Source: Escherichia phage CF2 | Direction: 5' to 3' (one strand) | Sequence record: KY608966 | Length of the DNA stretch: 53,242 bases | Shown: positions 15,501 through 25,265 of the stretch, one piece after another | How the letters are laid out: the number at the start of each line of letters is the position of its first letter | Numbering within the stretch: position 1 is the stretch's first letter | Notes under the pieces: generated by a model | Told to the model about the DNA's origin: nothing | Seen by the model: the letters and a program-made list of their open reading frames with translations, nothing else | Databases searched by the model: none | Program-made: the position numbers and the translations under genes

Positions 15501-18457
15501 TGCACACGATGTTGCTTAAAGACGGATCAGACCATCGAGCTAATGTCGAAAGCCTTATCGAAGGTCACCACCATTTTCTTGAGCGCAATACTGGCAGAAC
15601 TGACGACGCTACGCGTCAGCACTATATCTTCAATCCAGAAGGAGTAGTGTCGAACAACCGCCATTTTATTGCACACACCATGATGGAGTATCAACCTAAC
15701 GGTGATGCTCCGTCTGAAAGTCAGTCGCTGCTAATACTCGGCGAAATTCACGCGTACCTTGCTACTAAGGAACAGCGGTACCTTGACAAAGCAATTGAGT
15801 ACTTCAATGCTTACGTCAAGTACTATTACGAGGGGGACCCAATCCCTGATACTCCTCGTCGCTGGATCGCTAACTGGCTTTGTAATGGCAAAGAGCCTGT
15901 GCTAGCCAGCTTCCCAATCAACCCTGATTCACCAACACAAGGCGGCTATAAAAATGTGCCAGTTAAATTTGTTAACGGCAAAGCACAAATCCCTCATGGT
16001 TCTCCTTTCTGGGGCGAGTACCTGGATGTTGCTACTTGGGCCCACAGGGGACACATGGCTTGGCCTGCTATTAATGGTGGTGTCCGTGTTATTAAAAATA
16101 AAGTTGACTGGGACGATATTTACAACAATTATCGCATCACTACCATGCCAGCTGACCCGTGGAATCAGTTAGCCTGGATTGACTGGCCGAGGTATCTGGG
16201 TGAACCAAGCTACACTGTGGACTGGTCAGCAGCTGAACCTCCTGTACATCTCATCGAGTATATTGTTGCATGGACCAATAACAAGATTGGTGTTCTACCT
16301 GGCAAAAACGATGAGCTATGGGGAGGCGAGATTCTTGAGACTGGACTGCCTGACTCTCGCAGAGGTGAGATTCAGCTACGTGACCATACTATCAACGGTG
16401 TGTACCTGCTTAACTATGCTGTTAAGCTTCCTGTTGAACATGGTGGTTATTTGCTTAAGCGAAATGAAGTATGGCACAACAGACCGGTAAACGTTCCATT
16501 GTACGGCGAGCTTCAACGCGGTAATGCTGCTGATGCTGAGTTGTGGTTCTGTGACTGCTGCTATATGCTGTGGCGAATTACTAACGAGCAAAAGTATTAC
16601 AACGCTTGGCAAGCTGTCCTGTTTACACTGGAGGAGTATATTGACATCGATAAACAAGACCAGTTCTTCCGACAAGACACTCACGCGTCGTCTCCGTTTA
16701 CTGATGGCATCTCTTATGATTGGTCTTATCCTGAACTGGCACAAGCTATATATTCACGTGATGAAAATGGTTATATAGTTCTACGTCAGAACGAAAAAGC
16801 TCAATCATCTCTGGAGCAGCAGGCTGTATGGTTTAAGTGTAAGCCAACAGCTAAGATACGTACAGAAGTTGGTGGCAAAGATGATGCTGGTCAGAATATC
16901 AGTGTCAAGGTGGAAATGTACATGAACCGTGAAAAGGTTGACGTCGAGCAAAACATCTATCGTTTTGTCACACAGCTACCTGCTCTTGGTGCTTCACCTG
17001 CTAACTACGACATTCCATTAAGCGATTTTGTCGCAGGTACTAAGCCAGATGGTTCTGAGTATATCTTAGCTGATATTCGTTCATCCACTGACTATGGCAA
17101 TGCCACTACTGCAGTGTCTTACCGTACTGACATACTTGACAACAGACGTGGCAACACTGTCCGTATGACAATACCGGATAGTTCGTCAGGTGCCATTATA
17201 GGCTTTTGGCTACTGGAATCTTCCCAGGCACCTTTAAACTCGCTGACGTATACTTCTACAGGTCCGTTGTGCATCAAAGTAACTGACGCGCAAGGCTGGA
17301 GTTGGGTACGTGATTTACCTGCCGCACCAGGATGGGTAACTCAGCAGATTCGCACCTGGGAGTTCAGGCTGGCGTCATACCAGGAAAACACAGGTACACC
17401 ACCAGCTAGCCCACAATTCGGCGAGATTAAGCAGTTCTCGTTTGTACTGCCTGACGGCGTTAATACGTCGACAAGTATTAGCTGGTACTGTGTGAATGAT
17501 GTTCCGCCTCGCTATAACTGGCCAATTGGTTATACGATTAAGTATCGTCTTACTTTCTCGGCTGATAACCCGTACACAGCTAGGCTTGGCGACTGTACTG
17601 TGCTGGACTATGAGAATGATAACCTTGCTTACACGCCAGGTGTTATTCCGTTCTCCAACATTTATAACCCTGATTCTAAGCAGTTCGATGGTTGGCACGG
17701 TATACCTTACCCTGGCTATCAGTATCCGTTTGTCTTTACGCATGACGATACTGCAGCAGGTACAATCAGGCTGAACAACATGGTTAACTTTTTGTACGAT
17801 TCTCAGCAATGGTACTATAAGAAGTTCGGTCAGCTAGGTCCTGGTGCATCTGCTTTTATCTGGAACCGTTGGGATAACTTTAAATACGGTGTACCTGATA
17901 CGTTTACCATGTATCACTGGGGTAATGGTAGTGCATGGTCAGGTTACCAGCCTCGTGCTTACTTCTCCGCAGCACGTGGATGGTATGAGCTAGTAAACCG
18001 TGGTAAGCCGGTTCCGAGTAAGCTTATTGCTTATGTGGATAACTGGTCAAAATGGTTGCTTGACTTCATGGAAAGGTCAGGAGGTGTGTCGCCTTCTAAC
18101 TTCCCACAAGAAGGTGTTGCTCTGCCAGTCCCTTCAGACTTCACAGGTCACATGTGCGGGCTATGGCTTGCTGGTGCAGCTATGTCAGCCCTTTGTGGGT
18201 CAACAGTATCAGGACTGGATAAGCTGATGGACATGCTTGTCAATGAGCTGGAAGACCATTACGACATAACTGGTATTCCGGGGCATGTAATGGATGGTGG
18301 TTGGTCACCAGCGTTACGCCTTGAAACTGGTTCAGGACCTGAAAGCAACGCCATGTACTATGGTTTTTACTCTGGCGAAATATTACGAGGGTTGGGCTTA
18401 TACCTGCTGTACAAAAACAAAGGGGCTAAAGCAGATATTTATGATTTAGGCCCGTAA
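15500..18457 (+). CDS. Large (985 aa) virion-associated protein of unknown function
   Basis: Uninterrupted ORF coupled by TAATG. Rich in Trp and Tyr. I recognise no catalytic motif. Confidence 0.7.
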   Translation: MHTMLLKDGSDHRANVESLIEGHHHFLERNTGRTDDATRQHYIFNPEGVVSNNRHFIAHTMMEYQPNGDAPSESQSLLILGEIHAYLATKEQRYLDKAIEYFNAYVKYYYEGDPIPDTPRRWIANWLCNGKEPVLASFPINPDSPTQGGYKNVPVKFVNGKAQIPHGSPFWGEYLDVATWAHRGHMAWPAINGGVRVIKNKVDWDDIYNNYRITTMPADPWNQLAWIDWPRYLGEPSYTVDWSAAEPPVHLIEYIVAWTNNKIGVLPGKNDELWGGEILETGLPDSRRGEIQLRDHTINGVYLLNYAVKLPVEHGGYLLKRNEVWHNRPVNVPLYGELQRGNAADAELWFCDCCYMLWRITNEQKYYNAWQAVLFTLEEYIDIDKQDQFFRQDTHASSPFTDGISYDWSYPELAQAIYSRDENGYIVLRQNEKAQSSLEQQAVWFKCKPTAKIRTEVGGKDDAGQNISVKVEMYMNREKVDVEQNIYRFVTQLPALGASPANYDIPLSDFVAGTKPDGSEYILADIRSSTDYGNATTAVSYRTDILDNRRGNTVRMTIPDSSSGAIIGFWLLESSQAPLNSLTYTSTGPLCIKVTDAQGWSWVRDLPAAPGWVTQQIRTWEFRLASYQENTGTPPASPQFGEIKQFSFVLPDGVNTSTSISWYCVNDVPPRYNWPIGYTIKYRLTFSADNPYTARLGDCTVLDYENDNLAYTPGVIPFSNIYNPDSKQFDGWHGIPYPGYQYPFVFTHDDTAAGTIRLNNMVNFLYDSQQWYYKKFGQLGPGASAFIWNRWDNFKYGVPDTFTMYHWGNGSAWSGYQPRAYFSAARGWYELVNRGKPVPSKLIAYVDNWSKWLLDFMERSGGVSPSNFPQEGVALPVPSDFTGHMCGLWLAGAAMSALCGSTVSGLDKLMDMLVNELEDHYDITGIPGHVMDGGWSPALRLETGSGPESNAMYYGFYSGEILRGLGLYLLYKNKGAKADIYDLGP

Positions 18458-18463
18458 CCACTA

Positions 18464-18492
18464 TTTACTTAACCGAGGCGCCAGCCTATAAT
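18464..18492 (+). promoter_or_regulatory. sigma70-type promoter TTTACT-17-TATAAT with its -10 inside an 8-bp GC palindrome
   Basis: -35 at 18464-18469 and -10 at 18487-18492. The palindrome gcgccagc/gctggcgc lies at 18478-18485/18495-18502. Confidence 0.65.
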
Positions 18493-18524
18493 AAGCTGGC
18501 GCACCCAATAAGAGGATTCTCCAG

Positions 18525-19163
18525 ATGGCAAATCGTACTACAGCCAACCGTCCTGTTAAAGACGCAGACCTGCGTCAAGAGTCGGTTACTCAGTTCCCGT
18601 TATCCAAGCCAACCAAGCTTGACGAGAACGGAAAATTCATTCCAACCCCAGTTACCGGTGTAACTGCTACACCTAAGGCTAAGTCAATTGCTGTTGGTGA
18701 GTTTACAACTCTGTCAGCAGCAGTAGCCCCGGTAGACGCGGACGACGTTACTGTATTGTGGGAAAGCAATGCGCCTGACAAAGCCACTGTTGATGGTTCA
18801 GGTCGTGTTCAGGGTATTAAAGTTGGTTCAGCAACTATTACTGCTAAATCCAAGCTTGACCCTTCCAAAACCGATACTGTAGCAATTACGGTAACTGCTC
18901 CGCCTGTAGCCGTCACTGGTGTTACGTTAGCGCCTAAGTCGCCAAGTGTTGTAGTAGGCTCTACTGTACAGCTGACTGCAACTGTACTGCCTGCTGGCGC
19001 TACTAACAAAGCTGTTACCTACGAATCAAACGACCAGGCTAAAGCTACCGTTAGTGCAACTGGTCTGGTTACCGGTAAAGCAGCTGGTGTCGTCACCATC
19101 ACTGTCAAAACAGCTGATGGCAGCTTCACTGACACCGCGTCAGTAACTGTTACTGCTGAGTAA
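18525..19163 (+). CDS. Ig-like (Big_2) domain protein, two domains
   Basis: 'VTGVTATPKAKSIAVGEFTTLSAAVAP..TVLWESN..ATVDGSGRV' and a second copy of the same pattern. Confidence 0.75.
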   Translation: MANRTTANRPVKDADLRQESVTQFPLSKPTKLDENGKFIPTPVTGVTATPKAKSIAVGEFTTLSAAVAPVDADDVTVLWESNAPDKATVDGSGRVQGIKVGSATITAKSKLDPSKTDTVAITVTAPPVAVTGVTLAPKSPSVVVGSTVQLTATVLPAGATNKAVTYESNDQAKATVSATGLVTGKAAGVVTITVKTADGSFTDTASVTVTAE

Positions 19164-19174
19164 GGAGCTGATTG

Positions 19175-21304
19175 ATGTCGCTTCCACTTAATGAGGTTGT
19201 CGACGTCCAGTTCAGTAAGAGCAACGGGGGTAAAGGTTTTACCCCCAATGTTCCGCTGGAAGGTATAATGCTTTCCAACTACGAGTACTCAATCGTCGCG
19301 GGTGATGACCCTGTTCAGCTAGTTGTGCGTTACATTCCAACCAACGCTACTGAGCGTGGTATGGCATGGAAATCTAGCGACCCGGACGTTATCACTGTTG
19401 ATGAGCTCGGATTTGTGAAGCCACTGGCGGAAGGTGTTGCATACGTGACTGGTACGTCTGTTGACGGCGGTTATACAGTACGGGCAAAGTTTAACATTGC
19501 TCGGGCACCTATCCTTGTTGAATCTGTTACAGTGTCTCCCACAAGTGTGACACTTGAAGAGGGCAAGACTCAACGCCTGACATACACCTATTTACCTGCT
19601 AACGCAGATAATCCTGATTTCTACTGGATTTCAGATGATGAGTCTGTTGCTGTCGTTAGCGACAACGGGCTTGTCACTGCCATTGGAGATGGCGAAACAA
19701 CTGTAAACGTACAGTACGGTGTTGACAGCTCTATATTCGATAGCTGTACAGTAACTGTTATTCCTCCTGTTGTGCACGTTACAGGAGTCGAGTTTCTTAC
19801 TCAGTCACCTCTTAACGTTAATATCGGAAGCACAGCTGGTACTAGTATTCGTATATCGCCAGAAGATGCCACTGACAAAACAGTGACATACGAAAGCAAT
19901 GCACCTACTATAGCAACTGTGGACACTGACGGAAATGTTACTGGTATTGTAGCTGGTAATGCCACTGTTACTGTTAAGACGAATGACGGTGATAAGACTG
20001 ACACTCTTGACATTATAGTCAGGGTGCCTGCTGTAAATGTTACCGGTGTAAGTATTGACGAAGGCGATACAGCTTCCATGGAAGTTGGTGACACTCTTCA
20101 GCTACATGCCACTGTGACTCCTGAAAATGCTACTGACCCATCTGTTGTATGGAGTGCTCCTGTATCAGAAGTTGCGTCTGTTACTGAAGCTGGTTTGGTA
20201 ACCGCTAACGCTGCAGGCTTAATTGATGTTACTGTTATCACTAATGACGGGAACTTTACAGATAGAATCGAGGTTAAAGTTACAGACCCTAGCATCGCAG
20301 TTACGGATGTTGCATGGGCTCCTGACTCTCCGACTAAAGTAAGCGCTGGCCATCAGGTGCAGACTAAAATTGTTATAACACCTGACAACGCAACCAATAA
20401 AAAAGTCAGTTACAATAGCTCAAATCCTGACGCTGTTACTGTTGACACTAACGGAGTTATATACGGTCAATCTCCTGGAACTTCGACTATTACAGTTACA
20501 ACAGACGACGGTGGACTTGAGGCTTCATTTGTAGCTACTTGCACGGAGGTGGCTGTTATTACACCAGATGGTCTTGGTGGTATCCCAATTGGTGGTACTC
20601 AGCAGCTCACTTATACTGTTAGTCCGTCTGACGCTGAGCTGACTAATATTCGTTATGAGTCTGCTGACCCAGCTATTGCAACTGTTGATTCGTCTGGCGT
20701 TGTAACTGGTGTTGCTAGCGGCGGATGTAACATCTGGATTTACGCAACTAGCAATGGCGCTGACATTAGTGCAGCCACTTGGGCACAAATCTCTGAGAAG
20801 GTACAGGTATATCCTCAGTACGCCGAATGGCTTGTGGGTAACACCAAACAGCTTGATGTTGAGATTTATCCGTCGGACTCTAAGAGCGTTACCGTTACTT
20901 ATGAATCGTCAAATGACGCTATCATTAGTATAGATGCAAATGGTTTGATGACTGCTAAGTCTGAAGGTTCAGCAACTATTACTGCTAACGTTGTGATGAA
21001 CGGTGTTGCTGCGTCTGGTACAACATCTCCTTACGTGTCTGAGCTTTCTGTTACTACTGATTCGCTGCCTGCACTTACTGTTGGCAACACGCAGCAGCTG
21101 GTTGTAACTGTTAGACCTGAATACGCTAAGACAGACCCAGGCTATAACATTCAGTATACAACTACAGACGATACTGTCGCTACTGTAAGTACTACCGGTG
21201 TTATTACTGGCGTTGGTAACGGTGGATGTCGTATTGGTGCCACAGTAACTGTGAGAAATGCTACAGCGTCGGACAGCTCTTATCAGTCCGTCGATGCAGC
21301 ATAA
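19175..21304 (+). CDS. Ig-like (Big_2) repeat protein, about 8 tandem domains
   Basis: Eight units of roughly 85-90 aa of the form 'VTGV..VG.T.QL.ATV.P.NAT...V.Y.S....ATVD..G.VTG...G.ATITV'. ATG 19175 follows AAGGAG. Confidence 0.8.
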   Translation: MSLPLNEVVDVQFSKSNGGKGFTPNVPLEGIMLSNYEYSIVAGDDPVQLVVRYIPTNATERGMAWKSSDPDVITVDELGFVKPLAEGVAYVTGTSVDGGYTVRAKFNIARAPILVESVTVSPTSVTLEEGKTQRLTYTYLPANADNPDFYWISDDESVAVVSDNGLVTAIGDGETTVNVQYGVDSSIFDSCTVTVIPPVVHVTGVEFLTQSPLNVNIGSTAGTSIRISPEDATDKTVTYESNAPTIATVDTDGNVTGIVAGNATVTVKTNDGDKTDTLDIIVRVPAVNVTGVSIDEGDTASMEVGDTLQLHATVTPENATDPSVVWSAPVSEVASVTEAGLVTANAAGLIDVTVITNDGNFTDRIEVKVTDPSIAVTDVAWAPDSPTKVSAGHQVQTKIVITPDNATNKKVSYNSSNPDAVTVDTNGVIYGQSPGTSTITVTTDDGGLEASFVATCTEVAVITPDGLGGIPIGGTQQLTYTVSPSDAELTNIRYESADPAIATVDSSGVVTGVASGGCNIWIYATSNGADISAATWAQISEKVQVYPQYAEWLVGNTKQLDVEIYPSDSKSVTVTYESSNDAIISIDANGLMTAKSEGSATITANVVMNGVAASGTTSPYVSELSVTTDSLPALTVGNTQQLVVTVRPEYAKTDPGYNIQYTTTDDTVATVSTTGVITGVGNGGCRIGATVTVRNATASDSSYQSVDAA

Positions 21305-21329
21305 AAATTAATTAACTTTGCACTGGCCA

Positions 21330-21358
21330 TTTACTTGGTTAAACTTACTGAGTATAAT
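21330..21358 (+). promoter_or_regulatory. sigma70-type promoter TTTACT-17-TATAAT (tail operon)
   Basis: -35 at 21330-21335 and -10 at 21353-21358. Confidence 0.65.
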
Positions 21359-21390
21359 GGCCGGAAAGTCCACCCAAGAGGTAAACAAAA

Positions 21391-22530
21391 ATGCCGTTGA
21401 ATGTAAACCAGATTGTAAACGTTCAACTGAACAACACTCCAACTGGTATCAGCAAAGGTGACTTCGGTAAGCTGGCTCTTTTAACTCAGGACCCTGGCAC
21501 TGCTTTTCCTGACAGCGACAACGGACACTATGTTGAAATCGGCAGCTACTCTGAAGCCGAGTCTTATTGGGGTACTGGTTCAGTTGTACTTGGCGCGCTG
21601 AAGATTTTCTTTGCACAATCTCCGCGTCCTCGTTCAGTAGTTATCGCCTCATGGAGCAACACCTCTACTCTGGATGCGGCTATTAAAGCATTCAACGATG
21701 TGTATCCTGACTGGTATGTTCTGCGTCCGCTTCCGCCTACTGGCGAGCTGTCTGACGATGACATCAGTTTGCTGGCGTCAACTGTTGCTGCTTACGATAA
21801 AAAACGTTGCAGCTACACTACCACTAAAGCAACTCATATTGAAAACAGCGACTCCAACCCGATTAAAGTTCTGGCTGGTAAAGGCTACAACAATATGTGG
21901 CTTCAGTACGATAAGAACAACCAACACTATGCAGACATTTCTGCTATGGCGCGTGCTCTGTCTGTTAACTTCTCTGGTAACCGCACTACGATTACCATGA
22001 AGTTCAAACAAGAGCCTGGTATTACACCGAACAACACTTTAACGCTCACTGAAGCTAACAAGTGTAAAGCGCTGGGTATTAACTGGTACACCTACTACAG
22101 CACCTTTGCTATGCTTGCAGAAGGTACTGTCCTCGGTACGTCCAAGCCGCCGCGCTTCTGGGATGAAGTACATGGTCTCGACTGGTTCTGTAACGCTGTC
22201 CAGACTTATGTCTTCAACTCAATCGCTACGTCACCCACGAAGGTGCCGCAGACGAACAAAGGTCACGAGCGCCTTACCGGTGCTGCAGCTGTTGCTTGTC
22301 AGCAGGCTGTCGACAACGGCTTGGTTGCACCTGGTATCTGGTACGGTGATGAGTTTGGTACACTGTCTTATGGTGACCGACTCGAAACAGGTTTCTACAT
22401 CTACATCCCTGACGTAGATGACCAGCCTCTGGATGAGCGTGAAGCTCGTCAGGCCGTTGTAATGCAAATCGCGATTAAGCTGGCTGGTGCAATCCACTCC
22501 AGCGACATCCTGATTAACTTCACTCGCTAA
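21391..22530 (+). CDS. Putative tail sheath protein
   Basis: 379 aa with its own promoter. It is followed by tube, frameshifted chaperone, tape measure and a contractile-type baseplate. The call rests on synteny. Confidence 0.6.
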   Translation: MPLNVNQIVNVQLNNTPTGISKGDFGKLALLTQDPGTAFPDSDNGHYVEIGSYSEAESYWGTGSVVLGALKIFFAQSPRPRSVVIASWSNTSTLDAAIKAFNDVYPDWYVLRPLPPTGELSDDDISLLASTVAAYDKKRCSYTTTKATHIENSDSNPIKVLAGKGYNNMWLQYDKNNQHYADISAMARALSVNFSGNRTTITMKFKQEPGITPNNTLTLTEANKCKALGINWYTYYSTFAMLAEGTVLGTSKPPRFWDEVHGLDWFCNAVQTYVFNSIATSPTKVPQTNKGHERLTGAAAVACQQAVDNGLVAPGIWYGDEFGTLSYGDRLETGFYIYIPDVDDQPLDEREARQAVVMQIAIKLAGAIHSSDILINFTR

Positions 22531-22541
22531 GGAGCAGATCA

Positions 22542-22973
22542 ATGATCATCGATTCTTCTGAATGCGTGTTGAGCCTGAATGGTGTTCAGCTGTCCGACTG
22601 GGCAGACGGTGCCGATGTCATTGACGTGCAATGGGTGGACCCGGCTTCCACCTATCTTGCAGGTGCAGATGGCAATGGCATTCAGATTATGAACCCGTCC
22701 AAAGCCATTAAGCTAACTATCAAGGTTAAGCAAAATGGTCCGGATGCCAAATGGCTTAACGACCAGTACAACCTGCAGCGTAACAACATTCGTGGATTCG
22801 TCCCGTTTGTGCTGCAAGCCAAAGACCTGCTAAACCAGGATTTGGCATGGGGTAAAAAAGGTTACTTTACCGATGGTTCCCCGTGGACTCGCGGTAACGG
22901 CCATAACCCGACTACCTTCGCTATTGTGTTCCACCAAGGTGGTATGCAGTTGACTGAAGGCTTTGACCAGTAA
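22542..22973 (+). CDS. Putative tail tube protein
   Basis: 143 aa, between the sheath and chaperone genes. Confidence 0.55.
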   Translation: MIIDSSECVLSLNGVQLSDWADGADVIDVQWVDPASTYLAGADGNGIQIMNPSKAIKLTIKVKQNGPDAKWLNDQYNLQRNNIRGFVPFVLQAKDLLNQDLAWGKKGYFTDGSPWTRGNGHNPTTFAIVFHQGGMQLTEGFDQ

Positions 22974-22991
22974 CAATAGAGGAAAGCACAA

Positions 22992-23420
22992 ATGACTGAG
23001 CCCAAATCATTTGACATCGACGACGTAACGTACAACATGACACTCGCAAACGCGCTACAAGCCTGGACAGTTCTGAAAAAAGCAGGTAAGCTGTTCAAAG
23101 GCATTGGCAACGCGGACATTGTGGGTAAAGACGGCAAAGTGGACGGTAAGAAAGCAATGCTGGTCCTGTTGGACGCTGTTCTGGAGAACGCAGGTTCTGA
23201 CGAGATGACAGCTATTGAGGAACTAATCTTCCGCAATACTGTTGTTGTAGTTGATGGCAAACCGCGTAAGCTGTCTGACTGTAAAGACCAACACTTCAAC
23301 GCACATCGTAGCCATATCTTCGGTGTGCTCAAGGAGGGATTGGTGTATCAGTTCGCGGATTTTTTCAAAGGGAATGGCCTGTCAGGTCTAGCGGGTCTAG
23401 CCACGCCCTTGACGAAATAA
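22992..23420 (+). CDS. Tail assembly chaperone (G-like, zero-frame product)
   Basis: 142 aa, directly upstream of the tape measure gene, and containing the slippery heptamer. Confidence 0.65.
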   Translation: MTEPKSFDIDDVTYNMTLANALQAWTVLKKAGKLFKGIGNADIVGKDGKVDGKKAMLVLLDAVLENAGSDEMTAIEELIFRNTVVVVDGKPRKLSDCKDQHFNAHRSHIFGVLKEGLVYQFADFFKGNGLSGLAGLATPLTK

Positions 23421-23602
23421 AACGCAAGCAACAGTCAGGGACGCAAGAAACTGACTGGTTCGTTTGGCTTCCTATTCTCAAGGGTCATGTGACCCTTGCA
23501 GAATTAAAGTCGTCATACAGCTTGTGTGATTTGTGCGACCTGCATATTGCTATTCTGGACTATGCCGAGTTAGAGGAAATCCATGGCGACCATAATCGAT
23601 AG
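22992..23602 (+). CDS. Tail assembly chaperone, -1 frameshift isoform (GT-like, about 203 aa)
   Basis: T_TTT_TTC at 23360-23366 is in the X_XXY_YYZ phase. The -1 frame stays open to TAG 23600-23602 and encodes '..DWFVWLPILKGHVTLAELKSSYSLCDLCDLHIAILDYAELEE'. Confidence 0.55.
23360..23366 (+). promoter_or_regulatory. Candidate -1 programmed ribosomal frameshift site
   Basis: Heptamer TTTTTTC in the correct phase of the chaperone ORF. Confidence 0.55.
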
Positions 23603-25265
23603 CTTTCTGGTAACGCTTGAGAGTAAAGCTGATAGTTCTGGCTTTGACCTCTTCGACCAGCTGTCCCGCCGTTTTGTGATTACCCTCGGCGATGTGATCA
23701 ATCTTGCTGAGCGTGCCGCTGGTGCGCTTGGTAAGATGTTTGCGCCTGCGTTAGAGGCTGACGTACTCGCCGCCAAGATTAAAGGCTTCGGCTACGACGT
23801 TGAGTCGACGTGGAAAACGCTGATGGATATGTCTCTGCAAATGGGTACACCATTCCAGGAGGCACTAGACGGCTTTACTAAACTTAAATCGTATGGCGTT
23901 GACCCGTTAAACGGTTCGCTACAAATGCTCAAAACAATCACTGCTGCAACAGGCGGTGATTTGGCACGTACCATTGTTGCGTATGGCCAGGCGTCTGCGA
24001 TGGGTTCATTGCAGGGCCAGGAAAAGAACCAGTTCATTAACGCCGGTGTTGACATCTGGGGCGCATTGTCCCGCTACACTGGTAAGAAGCTTGGCGAGCT
24101 TCAGGATATGATGCGGCAGAAGCAAATCACTGCCGACATACTGACTAGCGCGCTCAAACAAGAAGCCGAGCGTTTAAAACCAATTGCCCACGAAGTGTCT
24201 CAGACACTCAAAGCGCAGTTAACTAACCTGAGCACAATTTGGTATGCTGCTCGTTCTAAGATTGCCCAGACCAGAGTATGGGATGAGGTAACTAAAGGTG
24301 CGATAGGTATGGTTAAGTCACTCACAGCAGTGCTTAACGATACCACACTTACTGCGGCATTTAAAAAGTTCGACGAAGTTGTATTCAATACAATTGAAAA
24401 CGTAAAACGACTTATCTACGTTATCGGGGATAACTTCCCGTTAATGGTTGCGATAACCTCATACGCACTGCTGTCACTTATTCCCGTGCTGGCGGCGCTT
24501 ATTCCCTGGCTAGCTAAGGTCGGCAACGCCTTTGTGGGTTTAGCTACCAAAATGCTTATGAATCCGCTCACGTGGTTCGCACTGGCTATCGGCACAGTTG
24601 TTGCTGTACTCACTGACCTCGATGACGCTCTGGCAGGACGTGAGACAGTTGTTAAGTGGTCAAAAGATGTTGTAGCCGCATGGGGAATTGTCAAGCAGTA
24701 TATCGTAGTTATTGCAGACTTTATTCTGTCAATATTTGACGGTCGCTTATGGAACAAACTCGGTAACTGGTGGCAAGGTTTCCTTGTTGAAGTTAAGCAA
24801 GGCATAGAGCAGATAAAGCTTTGGTTGTCTGAAGCACTTTACCAGCTGCCTGGTGGTAAGTTCCTGATGGCGTTGTTTGGTAAGCTCGATTCTACACTGG
24901 GCTTTGCTGGCAACAAACTTGTGGCAGGCGCTGAAGCTACTGCTAATGCTGTATCACCTACAACTGAACGGGGCGGAAGCTTCTGGCGTAGGGCACTCAA
25001 CTGGTCTATGCGTAACTTCAACCCTATTACAGGGGAGATGACAGCTGGAGGCCAGGCTATGCAGTCAGCTATAAATACAGCTAAGCAAAACCAACAACAG
25101 AACGCAACTGTTATCCATCAGGACAATAGCGTTAAAGTTGATGCTACTATTACCGGTGTACAAAACCCACAAGAAGTAGGTCGTGAGGTCAACGACCAGG
25201 TCAAACAGGCGCAGAAAGAGAATGCTACTGTAAGGGCTAACAACAAAACGGCGGTAACACAATGA
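23583..25265 (+). CDS. Tape measure protein
   Basis: 560 aa with central hydrophobic segments ('LMVAITSYALLSLIPVLAALIPWLA'), located after the chaperone. Confidence 0.8.
   Translation: MATIIDSFLVTLESKADSSGFDLFDQLSRRFVITLGDVINLAERAAGALGKMFAPALEADVLAAKIKGFGYDVESTWKTLMDMSLQMGTPFQEALDGFTKLKSYGVDPLNGSLQMLKTITAATGGDLARTIVAYGQASAMGSLQGQEKNQFINAGVDIWGALSRYTGKKLGELQDMMRQKQITADILTSALKQEAERLKPIAHEVSQTLKAQLTNLSTIWYAARSKIAQTRVWDEVTKGAIGMVKSLTAVLNDTTLTAAFKKFDEVVFNTIENVKRLIYVIGDNFPLMVAITSYALLSLIPVLAALIPWLAKVGNAFVGLATKMLMNPLTWFALAIGTVVAVLTDLDDALAGRETVVKWSKDVVAAWGIVKQYIVVIADFILSIFDGRLWNKLGNWWQGFLVEVKQGIEQIKLWLSEALYQLPGGKFLMALFGKLDSTLGFAGNKLVAGAEATANAVSPTTERGGSFWRRALNWSMRNFNPITGEMTAGGQAMQSAINTAKQNQQQNATVIHQDNSVKVDATITGVQNPQEVGREVNDQVKQAQKENATVRANNKTAVTQ

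Noticed and set aside
15500-18457. A single-subunit RNA polymerase, considered for the two largest ORFs (985 aa and 844 aa).
   Set aside because: The 844-aa ORF has AEP-primase and SF3-helicase motifs. The 985-aa ORF lies in the virion module and lacks polymerase motifs. All promoters found are sigma70-type.
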